In this document: positions 11,372 through 22,462 of the stretch, piece after piece
Layout of the letters: every line of letters begins with the position of its first letter
Numbering within the stretch: position 1 is the first letter of the stretch
Assembly: GCA_044371545.1 (NCBI GenBank)
Contig: JBILTM010000001.1
Coordinates: forward strand, 30,316 to 94,315
Source of the DNA: Burkholderiaceae bacterium
GTDB lineage: Bacteria > Pseudomonadota > Gammaproteobacteria > Burkholderiales > Burkholderiaceae_E
Direction of reading: 5' to 3'
Length of the DNA stretch: 64,000 bases
Position numbers and translations under genes: made by a program
The notes under the pieces: generated by a model
Database searches by the model: none
The model's input: the letters and a program-made list of their open reading frames with translations, nothing else
What the model was told of the DNA's origin: nothing

Positions 11372-12810
11372 ACACTCGCCGCCCGCTCCCGTGGACGCTC
11401 GCGCTGCTGACGCTGCTGCTCGCGGCCGTGCCGCCTGCGTCCGCCCAGCTCCGCGTGCCGCAGGGGGGACTGCCGGGGCAGGCCGCGCCGGCCGGCATGC
11501 CCGGGTTCTCGACGCCGGGCGGGTTCGTCGCGCCGGCCGCCGCGCCGCCCGTGGCCGTCGCCGCGCGGCGCGACGAGCCGCAGCTCGTCGACCGGGTCGT
11601 GGCGGTCGTCAACACCGACGCGATCACCGAGCGCGAGCTGCAGTCGCGCACCCGCGCGATCGAGCGGCGCCTGCGCGGCCAGAACGTCGCGCTGCCGCCG
11701 CCGGCCGAGCTGCAGCGCCAGGTGCTCGAGCGGATGATCACCGAGCGGGCCGCGCTGCAGGCCGCCCGAGACGCCGGCATCCGGATCGACGACGCGGCGA
11801 TCGACCGCGCGATCGGCCGCATCGCGCAGGAACAGAAGCTGAGCGTGCCGCAGCTGCGCCAGCGCATCGAGGGCGACGGCATGGGCTTCTCGATGTTCCG
11901 CGCCGAGCTCGCGGGGGACATGGCGATCAACCGGATGCGCGAGCGCGAGATCGAATCGCGGGTGCAGGTCTCCGAGGCCGAGATCGACACATACCTCGCC
12001 GAGCAGGCGGGTGGGCCGGTCGAGATGAACCTCGCGCAGATCCTGGTCGGCGTGCCCGACGGCGCATCGCCCGAGGTCGTCGAGCGCGCGCGCCGTCGTG
12101 CCGAGTCGATCGCCGGCGAGGCCCGCGCCGGCGCCGACCTCGCGCGCCTCGTTCAGGCCGCGGCGAGCGGCCCCGACCCGGTCAGCGGCGGCGTGCTCGG
12201 CATGCGTCCGCCCGACCGGCTGCCGCCGGTGTTCGTCCAGGCGGTGGAGTCGCTCAATCCGGGCGAGATCGCGCCGGTGGTGCGCACGCCGGCCGGCTTT
12301 CACGTGGTCAAGCTGCTCGAGCGGCGCGAAGGCGGCGCGATCGCGGCGCTCGCCGCGACGCCGGTGCGCCAGACCAAGGCCCGCCACATCCTCGTGCGCG
12401 TCAACGAGCTGAACCCGGAGGCCGAGGTCGTGCGCCGGCTGACCGAGATCCGCGAGCGCATCGAGGCGGGCACCGTGACCTTCGAGGAGATGGCGCGGCA
12501 GTACTCGGGCGACGGCAGCGCCTCGCAGGGCGGCGACCTCGGCTGGATCTATCCGGGCGACACCGTGCCCGAGTTCGAGCGCGCGATGGATGCGCTGCCG
12601 CCCGGCCGGATCGCCGGTCCGGTGCAGACGCCGTTCGGCTACCACCTGATCCGGGTCGACGAGCGCCGCACCGACGGCGCGTCGCGCGAGCGGGTGCGTG
12701 CCGCGGCGCGCAACGCGATCTGCGAGCGCAAGGCCGCCGAGGCGTACCAGGAGTGGATCCTGCAGGTCCGCGACCGCGCCTACGTCGACGTCCGCCTCGA
12801 CGACCGTTGA
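11368..12810 (+). CDS. surA: Periplasmic chaperone / peptidyl-prolyl isomerase SurA
   Basis: The ORF 10375..12810 was trimmed to the ATG at 11368 (MNTRRPLPWTLALLTLLLAAVPPASAQ). Two parvulin domains (GGDLGW..., PFGYHLIRV). lptD-surA synteny. Confidence 0.92.
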   Translation: MNTRRPLPWTLALLTLLLAAVPPASAQLRVPQGGLPGQAAPAGMPGFSTPGGFVAPAAAPPVAVAARRDEPQLVDRVVAVVNTDAITERELQSRTRAIERRLRGQNVALPPPAELQRQVLERMITERAALQAARDAGIRIDDAAIDRAIGRIAQEQKLSVPQLRQRIEGDGMGFSMFRAELAGDMAINRMREREIESRVQVSEAEIDTYLAEQAGGPVEMNLAQILVGVPDGASPEVVERARRRAESIAGEARAGADLARLVQAAASGPDPVSGGVLGMRPPDRLPPVFVQAVESLNPGEIAPVVRTPAGFHVVKLLERREGGAIAALAATPVRQTKARHILVRVNELNPEAEVVRRLTEIRERIEAGTVTFEEMARQYSGDGSASQGGDLGWIYPGDTVPEFERAMDALPPGRIAGPVQTPFGYHLIRVDERRTDGASRERVRAAARNAICERKAAEAYQEWILQVRDRAYVDVRLDDR

Positions 12811-12817
12811 ACGCCCG

Positions 12818-13639
12818 TTGAAGCCGCACGCGCCGCGCAAGCGCTTCGGGCAGCACTTCCTCGTCGACGCCTCGGTGCTCGCGCGGATCGCCGACGCGGT
12901 CGCGCCGCGGGACGGCGATCGCCTCGTCGAGATCGGACCCGGCCTCGGCGCGCTGACCGCCGTGCTGCTCGATCGGGTCGCGACGCTCGAGGCGGTCGAG
13001 ATCGACCGCGACCTGGTCGCGCGGCTGCGCCGGCGCTGGCCCGAGCCGCGGCTCGTCGTGCACGAGGCGGACGCGCTCGCATTCGACTTCGGCGCGCTCG
13101 CCGCGGGCGGGCGGCTGCGGCTGGTCGGCAACCTGCCGTACAACATCTCGAGCCCGCTGCTGATCGGCCTGCTCGCGCATCGCGGGTCGATCGTCGACGC
13201 GCACTTCATGCTGCAGAAGGAGGTGGTCGACCGGATCGTCGCGCCGCACGGCGGGGCCGACTACGGACGCCTCGGGGTGATGATGCAGGCGTTCCATCGC
13301 GTCGAGCGGCTGTTCGACGTGCCGCCGCAGGCGTTCGACCCGCCGCCGCGCGTCGACTCCTCGGTGATGCGGATGCGCCCGCGCGCCGAGCCGCTGGTGC
13401 GCGATGCAGCCACGCTCGAGGGGCTGCTCGCGGTCGCGTTCAACCAGCGGCGCAAGATGCTGCGGGGCACGCTGCTGCCCTGGCTGCGCACGCAGGGCCT
13501 CGATCCGTCGGAGCCGGCCTTCGCGCTCGAGCCCACCGCCCGCCCGGAGGAGATCCCGGTCGAGGGGTGGGCCCGGCTCGCCGACGCGCTGCTCGACGCA
13601 CGCGCCGCGCGCCCTCAGCCGCCCGACGGCGAACCGTAG
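12818..13639 (+). CDS. rsmA: 16S rRNA (adenine1518/1519-N6)-dimethyltransferase RsmA/KsgA
   Basis: PRKRFGQHFLVD, EIGPGLGALT, GNLPYNISSPLL motifs. The ATG at 12698 lies inside surA, so a TTG at 12818 (7 nt after the surA stop) is proposed as the start. Confidence 0.88.
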   Translation: MKPHAPRKRFGQHFLVDASVLARIADAVAPRDGDRLVEIGPGLGALTAVLLDRVATLEAVEIDRDLVARLRRRWPEPRLVVHEADALAFDFGALAAGGRLRLVGNLPYNISSPLLIGLLAHRGSIVDAHFMLQKEVVDRIVAPHGGADYGRLGVMMQAFHRVERLFDVPPQAFDPPPRVDSSVMRMRPRAEPLVRDAATLEGLLAVAFNQRRKMLRGTLLPWLRTQGLDPSEPAFALEPTARPEEIPVEGWARLADALLDARAARPQPPDGEP

Positions 13640-14172
13640 CGCACCTGCCGGGTCGCGGGCGCCGCGGCCTCGGCGTCGACGAGGCGACCGTCCATCACGC
13701 GCACGCGCTCACCGGGGTGCATCGGCCACGCGGCCTCGCGCACGAAGGTGCGCGTGCTGCCGTCGTCGAGCCGCACGACGGCCTCGTGGCGGACCTCGCC
13801 GCGCACCCGCTGCTCGACCTGGTGGCCGAGCAGGCCGCCGCCGACCGCGCCGAGGCCGTTCGCGTCGCCGCCGGTGCGCACCGTGCGGACCGACTCGACG
13901 GTCGCCCACGAGCGCGGGTCTTCGGCCTGCGCGACCGGGCGCGGCGCTTCGATCCACGGCGGGGTGGCGGGCTGCGGCGCGAGCGCGACCGGTTGCGCGG
14001 CCGGGCGGCCGATCAGGCCGGTCATCGACGCGACGCCGGTCGCGGACAGCACGATCACCGACACCGCGGCGGCGGCGAACAGCGGGTGCTGCGCGGTGCG
14101 GCGGGCGGGGATCGCGGGCAGGATCGTCGGGGTGCTCATGCGGAAGGCCCCAGGTTCGGGCGACATCGCCAC
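13615..14172 (-). CDS. Membrane-anchored glycine-zipper (Rick_17kDa/SlyB-like) protein, hypothetical
   Basis: N-terminal TM (LFAAAAVSVIVLSATGV), then VESVRTV...GLGAVGGGLLGHQV glycine zipper and a C-terminal VRLDDG...GERVRV segment. The 3' end overlaps the rsmA 3' end by 25 nt. The start may instead be 14139. Confidence 0.5.
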   Translation of the reverse strand: MAMSPEPGAFRMSTPTILPAIPARRTAQHPLFAAAAVSVIVLSATGVASMTGLIGRPAAQPVALAPQPATPPWIEAPRPVAQAEDPRSWATVESVRTVRTGGDANGLGAVGGGLLGHQVEQRVRGEVRHEAVVRLDDGSTRTFVREAAWPMHPGERVRVMDGRLVDAEAAAPATRQVRYGSPSGG

Positions 14173-14265
14173 GTACCCCTTCCAACGAGCCGCGCCGGGC
14201 GGGCGCGCATCGCGGGCGCGTAACGCGCCGCAACCGGTGTACCGGCGCGGGCCCCGCGACCCCCT

Positions 14266-14646
14266 TCAGCGCTGGATCAGCTCGATCTTGTAGCCGTCCG
14301 GGTCCTGCACGAACGCGATCACCGTCGAGCCGCCCTTCACCGGGCCGGCCTCGCGGGTGACCGTGCCGCCGGCCGCCTTGATCCGCGCGCACGCGGCGGC
14401 GGCGTCCTCGACCTGCAGCGCGATGTGGCCGTAGGCCGAGCCGAGTTCGTACTTCTCGACCCCGTAGTTGTAGGTCAGCTCGATCTCGGCCTGCTCCGGG
14501 TTCGACGCGTAGCCGACGAAGGCCAGCGAATACTTCTGGTCGGGGCGGTCGGTCGTGCGCAGCAGGGTCATGCCCAGCACGCGGGTGTAGAAGTCGATCG
14601 AGCGCTGCAGGTCGCCGACCCTCAGCATGGTGTGCAGGATGCGCAT
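14266..14646 (-). CDS. gloA: Lactoylglutathione lyase (glyoxalase I)
   Basis: [26 protein letters not shown]...ELTYNYG...YGHIAL...[14 protein letters not shown], 126 aa. Confidence 0.95.
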   Translation of the reverse strand: MRILHTMLRVGDLQRSIDFYTRVLGMTLLRTTDRPDQKYSLAFVGYASNPEQAEIELTYNYGVEKYELGSAYGHIALQVEDAAAACARIKAAGGTVTREAGPVKGGSTVIAFVQDPDGYKIELIQR

Positions 14647-14656
14647 CTCGGTTGTC

Positions 14657-15565
14657 TCAGCTGAGGGTGAGGTCGTCGGGGAAGTCCTTGAGCTGGCGGC
14701 GCGCCGCCTCGAACCCGGGCAGGATCGCCTGCACCGTGGCCCAGAAGCGCGGGCCGTGGTTCATCTCCTCAAGGTGTGCGAGCTCGTGGGCGATCACGTA
14801 GTCGACGATCTCGAGCGGAAAGTGCACCAGTCGCCAGTTCAGGCGGATCGAGCCGTCGGGCGCGCAGCTGCCCCAGCGCGTGCGCGCAGACGACAGCCGC
14901 CAGCGCGTCGGGCCTCGGCCGAGCCGCTCGACGTAGATCGGCAGGCGCCGCTCGAACAGCGCGCGGGCCTCGCGCTGCAACCACGCCTGCACCGCGTCGC
15001 GCAGCTGCTCGGTGCCGGCGCCGGGCGGCAGCGCGACGCGCAGCGTGTCACCGTCGAGCGAGACCGAGGCCGCGCCGGCGTGCAGCCGCATCGTCAGCTC
15101 GCGGCCGACGAACGCGACGCGTCCGCCATCCTCCCAGCGCACGGTGAGCCGCTCGCGCCGCTCCGCGTGGTCGCGCCACTCGACGAGCTTGCGCAGGATC
15201 CAGCCCTGCTTGTCGGCGATCGCCGCGTCGATCTCGGAGACGGTGACCCAGCGCGGCGCAGTCACGCGCAGCCCGGTGTCGTCGACGAAGAAGCCGATCG
15301 TGCGCCGGCGCGAGCGGCGCAGCTCGTACTCGACCGCGTGCGGGCCGAGCTTCGCGACGCGGCGGCCGCGACCGGGCGGCGTCGTGCGCGGCTCGACGGG
15401 CGGCAGGGTGCGTGCCACAGGGCCGCGCGGCGGCGGCGCCTCGGGGCGCGGCGGCCGTGCGACCGGCGCGCGCGGCGGCAACGCCGGCGGCGCCTCGAAG
15501 AGCGGCAGGGTCAGCTGCAGCGCGGCATCGCCGGCCGCGCGGACGAGTTCACGAAGTCGCTTCAT
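14657..15565 (-). CDS. M48-family (YgjP/DUF45-like) zinc metallohydrolase
   Basis: C-terminal [16 protein letters not shown] HExxH motif, preceded by RWGSC. Confidence 0.8.
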   Translation of the reverse strand: MKRLRELVRAAGDAALQLTLPLFEAPPALPPRAPVARPPRPEAPPPRGPVARTLPPVEPRTTPPGRGRRVAKLGPHAVEYELRRSRRRTIGFFVDDTGLRVTAPRWVTVSEIDAAIADKQGWILRKLVEWRDHAERRERLTVRWEDGGRVAFVGRELTMRLHAGAASVSLDGDTLRVALPPGAGTEQLRDAVQAWLQREARALFERRLPIYVERLGRGPTRWRLSSARTRWGSCAPDGSIRLNWRLVHFPLEIVDYVIAHELAHLEEMNHGPRFWATVQAILPGFEAARRQLKDFPDDLTLS

Positions 15566-16307
15566 GCAGCACGGGTTCGGGGGTGGAGCGGTAGGCGTGC
15601 GGGCTGATCCGGCGCATCTCCGCCTCGATCCAGCGCTCGACCTCCGCGTTGACCTCGTCGGGCTCGCGGCCGACGGTCGGGATCGGCGGGCCGATCGAGA
15701 CCGTCACCAGGCCCGGCGTCTTGACGAAGCGCTTCTTCGCCCATCGCTCGCCCGCGTTGACCGCGATCGGCACCACCGGCGCCGAGGTGCGGATCGCGAG
15801 CCGCGCGCCGCCGCTCTTGTACTTGCCCTGCGAGCCCACCGGCGTGCGCGTGCCCTCGGGGAACATGATGATCCAGCGGCCCTGCTCGAGGCTGCGCAGG
15901 CCCTGCCGCACCACCGACTCGAACGCATCGCGGCCGCGGCGGCGGTCGATGTGGATCATCTGCAGCAGGCCGATGCCCCAGCCGAAGAACGGGATCCACA
16001 GCAGCTCGCGCTTGAACACATAGCACAGCTCGCGCGGCATGTAGGTGGGGTAGAAGAACGTCTCCCAGGTCGACTGGTGCTTCGAGAGCAGCACCGCGGG
16101 GCCGTCGGGCAGGTGCTCGCGGCCCTTGACCTGCCAGCGGATGCCGCAGAGCACGCGGGCCGCCCAGATCACCATGCGCGGCCAGCCCATCGTGAAGCGG
16201 TAGCGCACGCGCAGCGGGAACGGTGCGAGCGCGAGGCACACCAGCGCCCACGGCACGACCGTGACGAACTGGAACAGCAGGAAGAGCGCGCTGCGCACCG
16301 TGTGCAT
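15549..16307 (-). CDS. plsC: 1-acyl-sn-glycerol-3-phosphate acyltransferase
   Basis: SKHQSTWETF (HX4D/E-type block), MFPEGTRT block, N-terminal TM. Confidence 0.88.
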   Translation of the reverse strand: MHTVRSALFLLFQFVTVVPWALVCLALAPFPLRVRYRFTMGWPRMVIWAARVLCGIRWQVKGREHLPDGPAVLLSKHQSTWETFFYPTYMPRELCYVFKRELLWIPFFGWGIGLLQMIHIDRRRGRDAFESVVRQGLRSLEQGRWIIMFPEGTRTPVGSQGKYKSGGARLAIRTSAPVVPIAVNAGERWAKKRFVKTPGLVTVSIGPPIPTVGREPDEVNAEVERWIEAEMRRISPHAYRSTPEPVLHEATS

Positions 16308-16314
16308 CGTGGCC

Positions 16315-16863
16315 TCAGGGCGCGAGCTCGGCGGCGATCGCCGAGAGGTCGACGCGCACCACGGTGCCCGGCGGCAGCGTCGCCGAGCAGAAGGTGTCGC
16401 GGCCGTGGCCGCTCAGCACGAGCATCGGCCGGCAGCCCGCGGCGTGCGCGGCGTCGAGGTCGGCCGCGCGGTCGGCGACCACGACGGTCGACTCGGGTGC
16501 GACCTGCATCCGCGACAGCGTCTCCTCGATCGAGGCGGCCGCCTCGGCGGTGCGCGCGGGCGCGTCGGGGGCGGGCACGAAGAGCACCGCGTCGACGCGA
16601 CCGCCGGCGAGGTCGATCTCGTCGATCAGGCGCGCATGCATCGACACCAGCCCGGACATGTCGGAGGCGCCCCGCGCGAGCGGGCCGCGGTCGGCCATCA
16701 TCGCGACGCGCCAGCCGCCGTGCACGAGACGTGCGATCGCGGCCGCGCTGCCGGGCATGCAGCGCCAGTCCTCCGCGCGCGCGGCACGGCCGTCGGGGTC
16801 GCGGGAGACCACGCCGTCGCGGTCGACGATGAGCAGCTTCACGTCGCGCAGTGTAGCGGTCAC
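16315..16863 (-). CDS. gmhB: HAD-IIIA phosphatase, D-glycero-D-manno-heptose 1,7-bisphosphate phosphatase-like
   Basis: The 3' part of ORF 16315..18693 reads VTATLRDVKLLIVDRDGVV...LVLSGHG. The GTG start at 16863 overlaps the glyS stop (GTGA). glyQS-gmhB-plsC synteny is typical of Burkholderiales. Confidence 0.78.
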   Translation of the reverse strand: MTATLRDVKLLIVDRDGVVSRDPDGRAARAEDWRCMPGSAAAIARLVHGGWRVAMMADRGPLARGASDMSGLVSMHARLIDEIDLAGGRVDAVLFVPAPDAPARTAEAAASIEETLSRMQVAPESTVVVADRAADLDAAHAAGCRPMLVLSGHGRDTFCSATLPPGTVVRVDLSAIAAELAP

Positions 16864-18974
16864 GCGGCGAGTTTCGACAGGTCCGCGACGCGATTCATGA
16901 GACGGTGCAGGCCGTCGAGGAGCGCGAGCCGGTTGGCGCGCAGCCCGGCGTCGTCGGCATTGACCATCACGCCTTCGAAGAACGCGTCGACCGGCTCGCG
17001 CAGCGACGCGAGCACCGTCAGCGCGCCCGCGTAGTCGAGCGCGGCGAGCCGTCGCTCGGCCTGCGGCGCGACGCGTGCGATCGCTTCGTCGAGCGCGTGC
17101 TCGGCAGGCTCGACGAGCCGGTCGCGGTCGACGGCGACGCCGGACACGAGGCCCTCGGCCTTGCGCAGGATGTTGCCGATCCGCTTGTTCGCGGCCGCGA
17201 GGCTCTGCGCCTCGGGCAGCGCGCGGAACGCGGCGATCGCCTCGAGCCTCGGCAGCACGCGGTCGAGCCGGTCGGCGTCGACCGCGAGCACCGCGTCGAC
17301 GTCGGCGGCCGGCTGACCGCGCTCGCGCAGCCAGCCGCGCAGCCTGTCCACGACGAACGCGTGCAGCGCGTCGACCGCGGGGGTGACCGCAGGCACCTGC
17401 GCGAACGTCGCGAAGGCCGCCTCGAGCAGCGTGCGCAGCGCGGGCGCGTCGCCGCCGCCGGGCATCGGGCGCTCGACCAGCATCCGGACCACGCCGAGCG
17501 CGTGGCGGCGCAGCGCGAACGGGTCGCGGTCGCCGGTCGGCTGCGCGCCGATGCCCCAGATGCCGGCGAGCGTCTCGAGCTTGTCGGCGAGCGCGACCGC
17601 GGTCCCGGTGCCCGAGGCGGGCAGCGCGTCGCCGGCGAACCGCGGCTGGTAGTGCTCGGCGATCGCCTGCGCGATCTCGGCGGGCTCGCCGTCGTGCGTC
17701 GCGTAGTGCCGACCCATCGTGCCCTGCAGCTCGGGGAACTCGCCGACCATGCCGGTCAGCAGGTCGGCCTTCGCGAGCAGCGCCGCGCGGTCGGCGAGCG
17801 CGGGGTCGGAACCGATCGCGCGGGCGACCTGCATCGCGAGCGAGCGGACGCGGTCGGTGCGCTGCGCCTGCGTGCCGAGCTTCGCGTGGTAGACGACCGC
17901 GCCCAGCCGCGGGGTGCGGTCGACGAGGCGCGTCTTCTTGTCCTGCTCGAAGAAGAAGCGCGCGTCCGCGAGGCGCGGACGCACGACGCGCTGGTTGCCG
18001 TCGACGATCAGCGAGGGGTCGGCGACCTCCATGTTGGAGACGATCAGGAATCGGTGGTCGAGCCGGCCCTGCGCGTCGAACAGAGGGAAGTATTTCTGGT
18101 TGGTGCGCATCGTCAGGATCAGGCACTCCTGCGGCACCGCGAGGAACTCGCGCTCGAACGCGCCGACGTAGACCGCCGGCCACTCGACCAGCGCCGTCAC
18201 CTCGTCGAGCAGGGGCGCCACCTGCGCCTCGTCGCCGAGCGAGACGCCGAGCGCGGCGGCCTTCGCACGCAGCTGCGCATCGATCCGCGCGCGGCGCTCG
18301 TCGAACGACGCGACGACGCGCCCGCGCTCGGAGAGCAGCCGCTCGTAGTCGCGCGCGTGCGGCAGCTCGATGTCGGCCCCGCCCTGGAAGCGGTGGCCGT
18401 GCGTCAGACCGCCCGACTGCAGCCCGAGCACCGAGGCCGGCACCACGTGCTCGCCGTGCAGCACCACCAGTCCGTGCGCGGGGCGCACGAAGCTCACGTT
18501 GGTGCGGCCGTCGGCGAGCTGGTACTGCATGACCTTCGGGATCGGCAGCTTCGCGAGCGCCTGCTCGACGAGCGGCTGCACCGCCTGCGCGAGCGTCGCG
18601 CCCGGCGCGGTGCTGCGGAAGAAGAAGCACTCCTGCTTGCCGTCCGACGCGCGCACCAGGTCCTCGATGCGTGCGCCCTGCTTCTCGGCCCACTTGCGCA
18701 GCGCCATCGTCGGCTGGCCCGACGCGTCCAGGCCCACCGACGCCGACGGGCCCTTGGCCTCGACCGGGCGGTCCTCGGCCCGCTCGCGGACCTCGGCGAC
18801 GCGGACCGCGAGCCGGCGCGGCGTCGCGAAGACGTCGACCGCCGCGCCCGCTGGGGCGAGGCCCTGGGCGCGCAGCCCCTCGGCGATCGTCGCGGCGAAG
18901 GACTCGCCGAGCCGCGACAGCGCCTTCGGCGGCAGCTCCTCGGTGAACAGCTCGATCAGCAGCGGCGCGGTCAT
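16860..18974 (-). CDS. glyS: Glycine--tRNA ligase beta subunit
   Basis: 704 aa. MTAPLLIELFTEELPPKAL N-terminus. Lies downstream of glyQ. Confidence 0.97.
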   Translation of the reverse strand: MTAPLLIELFTEELPPKALSRLGESFAATIAEGLRAQGLAPAGAAVDVFATPRRLAVRVAEVRERAEDRPVEAKGPSASVGLDASGQPTMALRKWAEKQGARIEDLVRASDGKQECFFFRSTAPGATLAQAVQPLVEQALAKLPIPKVMQYQLADGRTNVSFVRPAHGLVVLHGEHVVPASVLGLQSGGLTHGHRFQGGADIELPHARDYERLLSERGRVVASFDERRARIDAQLRAKAAALGVSLGDEAQVAPLLDEVTALVEWPAVYVGAFEREFLAVPQECLILTMRTNQKYFPLFDAQGRLDHRFLIVSNMEVADPSLIVDGNQRVVRPRLADARFFFEQDKKTRLVDRTPRLGAVVYHAKLGTQAQRTDRVRSLAMQVARAIGSDPALADRAALLAKADLLTGMVGEFPELQGTMGRHYATHDGEPAEIAQAIAEHYQPRFAGDALPASGTGTAVALADKLETLAGIWGIGAQPTGDRDPFALRRHALGVVRMLVERPMPGGGDAPALRTLLEAAFATFAQVPAVTPAVDALHAFVVDRLRGWLRERGQPAADVDAVLAVDADRLDRVLPRLEAIAAFRALPEAQSLAAANKRIGNILRKAEGLVSGVAVDRDRLVEPAEHALDEAIARVAPQAERRLAALDYAGALTVLASLREPVDAFFEGVMVNADDAGLRANRLALLDGLHRLMNRVADLSKLAA

Positions 18975-18984
18975 GTCATGGCCC

Positions 18985-19872
<888 letters not shown>

Positions 19873-19905
19873 CGTCGATGGGGCCGGCGACGGCCGGCGG
19901 CGGAA

Positions 19906-19938
19906 GGGACGAACCCGCGATTCTAGCGGGTTCGTCCC
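19906..19938 (-). terminator. Perfect 13-bp stem / 7-nt loop hairpin spanning the lnt stop codon; intercistronic terminator or processing/stability element
   Basis: GGGACGAACCCGC-gattcta-GCGGGTTCGTCCC read directly. The lnt TAG lies in the loop. No U-tract. Sits 34 nt upstream of the glyQ ATG. Confidence 0.4.
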
Positions 19939-21485
19939 GCGCGTCCCGTGCGCGAGGCGAGCGCGCAGGCGGCGACGAGCGCCAGCGCGCCGATCCATGC
20001 GGTCGCATCGCCGGCGCGCGCGAACGGCGTGAGGCCGGTGCGGCCCTGCACGCGCACGTCGAGCGACGCCGCGACGTGATCGGGCAGCCGCGCGAGCACG
20101 CGGCCGTCGGCGTCGATCGCCGCGGTCACGCCGGTGTTCGTCGCGCGCAGCATCGGGCGGCCGGTCTCGAGCGTGCGCATCCGCGCGATCGCGAGGTGCT
20201 GCGGCAGCGCGTGCGAGCGGCCGAACCAGGCGATGTTGCTGACGTTGGCGAGCACCGTCGCGCCGCGCTCGCCGCCGAGCGAGGTGCGCAACTCGTCGCC
20301 GAAGAGGTCCTCGTAGCAGACGTTGAAGGCGACCCGCTGCCCGCCGACCTCGAACGGCGGCTGGCGCGCGTCGCCGCGCGCGAAGTCGCCGAGCGGGATC
20401 TCCATCATCCGGACGAACCAGCCGAAGCCCCAGGGCACGAACTCGCCGAAGGGCACGAGGTGGCGCTTGTCGTAGCGCGGCGCGGGCGCGCCGGCGGGGT
20501 CGGCGCGCAGCAGCAGCACGCTGTTGGCGAGCGCGGGATCGCCGCCGCCCGCGGGCACGACGAACGCCGGCAGCCCGATCGCGATCGCGTGGCCGCGCGC
20601 GACGTGCGCGAGGATCCGCTCGGCGATCGGCGCGGGCGTACGGTCCCAGGGCAGCGTCCATGCGGTCTCCGGCAGCACGGTCAGCGTCGCGCGGCCGGCC
20701 TCGAAGCGGTCGGCGTAGTCCTGCATCGCGGCGACGGTGCGCTCCGGGCGGAACTTCATGTCCTGCGCGACGTTGCCCTGCACGAGGCGCACGTCGAGCG
20801 GCGGGCCCTCGGGCCGCGTCCAGGCGTCGCGCGGGACCGCGAGCGGCGCGAGCACGATCGCCGCGGCGAGGGCCGCGGCGAGGCCGCGCGTGCGCACCGC
20901 GTCGCGCGTGCCACCGCCCGCCGCGACCGCCGCGAGCGCGGCGACCGCGACCGCCGCGGCGCCGACGCCGAAGACGCCGGCAAGCGGCGCGAGCCGGTCG
21001 AGCGGCCCGTCGAGCTGCGCGTAGCCGATCGCGAGCCACGGAAAGCCGGTGAACACCGTGCCGCGGGCGAGCTCGGCGAGCGTCGTCGCGCCCGCGAGCC
21101 CGAGCGCGTGAACGATCGGGCCGCGCCCCGAGCAGGCGCGCGCGGCGAGCCACGCGGCGGCGGCCGGGTAGAGCGACAGGTAGGCCGCGAACAGCACGAC
21201 CGCGGCGGCGGCCATCGGCGCCGGCATGCCGCCGTAGTGGTGCATGCTGACGTAGAGCCACGCGAGCCCTGCGCCGAACCAGCCGAGCCCGAAGGCGAAC
21301 GCGAGGCCGCCCTGCGCGAGCGGGGTCGCGCCGCGCGCGGCCCGCGCGCGCAGCAGCGCGAACAGCGCGGCGAGCACCGCGAGCGCCCAGGCCCAGTGCG
21401 ACAGCGGCGCGAACGCGCTCGCGTGCGCGAGGCCGAGACCGAAGGCGAGCGCGACCGGTCCGAGGCGGGCGCGCATCGGCGTCAC
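19923..21485 (-). CDS. lnt: Apolipoprotein N-acyltransferase
   Basis: 520 aa. Polytopic N-terminal membrane domain plus a CN-hydrolase domain ([18 protein letters not shown]). lnt-corC-ybeY-ybeZ synteny. Confidence 0.93.
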   Translation of the reverse strand: MTPMRARLGPVALAFGLGLAHASAFAPLSHWAWALAVLAALFALLRARAARGATPLAQGGLAFAFGLGWFGAGLAWLYVSMHHYGGMPAPMAAAAVVLFAAYLSLYPAAAAWLAARACSGRGPIVHALGLAGATTLAELARGTVFTGFPWLAIGYAQLDGPLDRLAPLAGVFGVGAAAVAVAALAAVAAGGGTRDAVRTRGLAAALAAAIVLAPLAVPRDAWTRPEGPPLDVRLVQGNVAQDMKFRPERTVAAMQDYADRFEAGRATLTVLPETAWTLPWDRTPAPIAERILAHVARGHAIAIGLPAFVVPAGGGDPALANSVLLLRADPAGAPAPRYDKRHLVPFGEFVPWGFGWFVRMMEIPLGDFARGDARQPPFEVGGQRVAFNVCYEDLFGDELRTSLGGERGATVLANVSNIAWFGRSHALPQHLAIARMRTLETGRPMLRATNTGVTAAIDADGRVLARLPDHVAASLDVRVQGRTGLTPFARAGDATAWIGALALVAACALASRTGRAGRTR

Positions 21486-21509
21486 GCGGACGCCCCGGCC
21501 GCGGGACGG

Positions 21510-22388
21510 TCAGCCTTCATCGGCCCCATCGTCCCTGTCGTCACCCTCGGGCGCCCGGCGCTCGACGCGCAGCAGCCTGACCGCGCGCGGGTCCGCGCGC
21601 AGCACCTCGACGCGCAGCGGCCCGAGCTCGACGCGATCGCCGCGGCGCGGCATCCGGCCGAGCCGCTCGGCGAGCAGCCCGCCGACGGTCTCGCTCGCGG
21701 CGTCGTCGAGCGCGGTGCCGAAGTGCGCGTCGAACTGCACGAGCGGCGTCAGCGCGCGCACCCGCCAGCGCGGGCCTTCGGGCCCGGGCGCCTCGACGAT
21801 GTTGGCGGCCGACTCGTCGAGGTCGAACTCGTCCTCGATGTCGCCGACGATCTGCTCGAGCACGTCCTCGATCGTGATCAGGCCCGCGACGCCGCCGTAC
21901 TCGTCGACGACGATCGCGAGGTGGTGCCGGTTCTGGCGGAAGTCGCGCAGCAGCACGTTGAGTCGCTTGGTCTCGGGGATGAACACCGGCGGGCGCAGCA
22001 GCTCGCGCACCGAGCCGGCGCGGCCGGACCACAGCCGCAGCAGGTCCTTCGCGTGCAGGATGCCGATCACGTTGTCGCGCTCGCCGTCGACGACCGGGAA
22101 GCGCGAGTGCGCGGTGCGGATCGCGAACGCGGCGATCGCCTCGACCGGGTCGGACACGTCGACGACGTCCATCTGCGGGCGGGGCACCATGATGTCGCCG
22201 GCCGACTGCTCGGCGACCTGCAGCACGCCCTCGATCATCGACATCGCCTCGGCATCGAGGAGGTCGCGCTCCTGCGACTGCCGCAGCAGCTGCAGCAGCT
22301 GGTCTCGGTCGTCGGGCGTGCGCAGCAGCATCGCCGACATGCGCTCGAGCAGGGACGGTCTCGTCCGGCTCGGCGGGGCGTCGGACAT
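21510..22388 (-). CDS. corC: CBS-domain Mg/Co efflux-associated protein CorC/YbeX
   Basis: [22 protein letters not shown] pair, C-terminal CorC_HlyC-type domain. Confidence 0.9.
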   Translation of the reverse strand: MSDAPPSRTRPSLLERMSAMLLRTPDDRDQLLQLLRQSQERDLLDAEAMSMIEGVLQVAEQSAGDIMVPRPQMDVVDVSDPVEAIAAFAIRTAHSRFPVVDGERDNVIGILHAKDLLRLWSGRAGSVRELLRPPVFIPETKRLNVLLRDFRQNRHHLAIVVDEYGGVAGLITIEDVLEQIVGDIEDEFDLDESAANIVEAPGPEGPRWRVRALTPLVQFDAHFGTALDDAASETVGGLLAERLGRMPRRGDRVELGPLRVEVLRADPRAVRLLRVERRAPEGDDRDDGADEG

Positions 22389-22462
22389 CGGAGGGGGTGG
22401 GGAGTCGGGACCGGCGGAGGATACCGGACTCGCCGCCCCGGTCCAAGCACGGCCCGGCGGGC

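Noticed and set aside
12811-12817. Absence of pdxA between surA and rsmA (the canonical order is lptD-surA-pdxA-rsmA)
   Set aside because: Only 7 nt separate surA and rsmA, so pdxA is truly absent from this locus. It may simply be encoded elsewhere, which cannot be evaluated from this window, so I judged it low value.
13615-13639. 25-nt convergent overlap of the rsmA and glycine-zipper ORF 3' ends, and 53-nt overlap of the aer and HTH-SK regulator 3' ends (39168..39220)
   Set aside because: This could hint at antisense regulation. More likely it reflects low-complexity C-terminal tails extended by the lack of stop codons in GC-rich DNA. There is no independent support.
16315-18693. 792-aa ORF (and similar giants 18985..21261, 24046..27042, 42932..45874, 58739..60739, 10375..12810, 39126..42191, 52614..55745)
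   Set aside because: Only the 3' portions carry real protein signatures. The 5' extensions run out of frame through neighbouring genuine genes, so each was trimmed to an internal start supported by N-terminal homology, a signal peptide, an SD or stop/start coupling.
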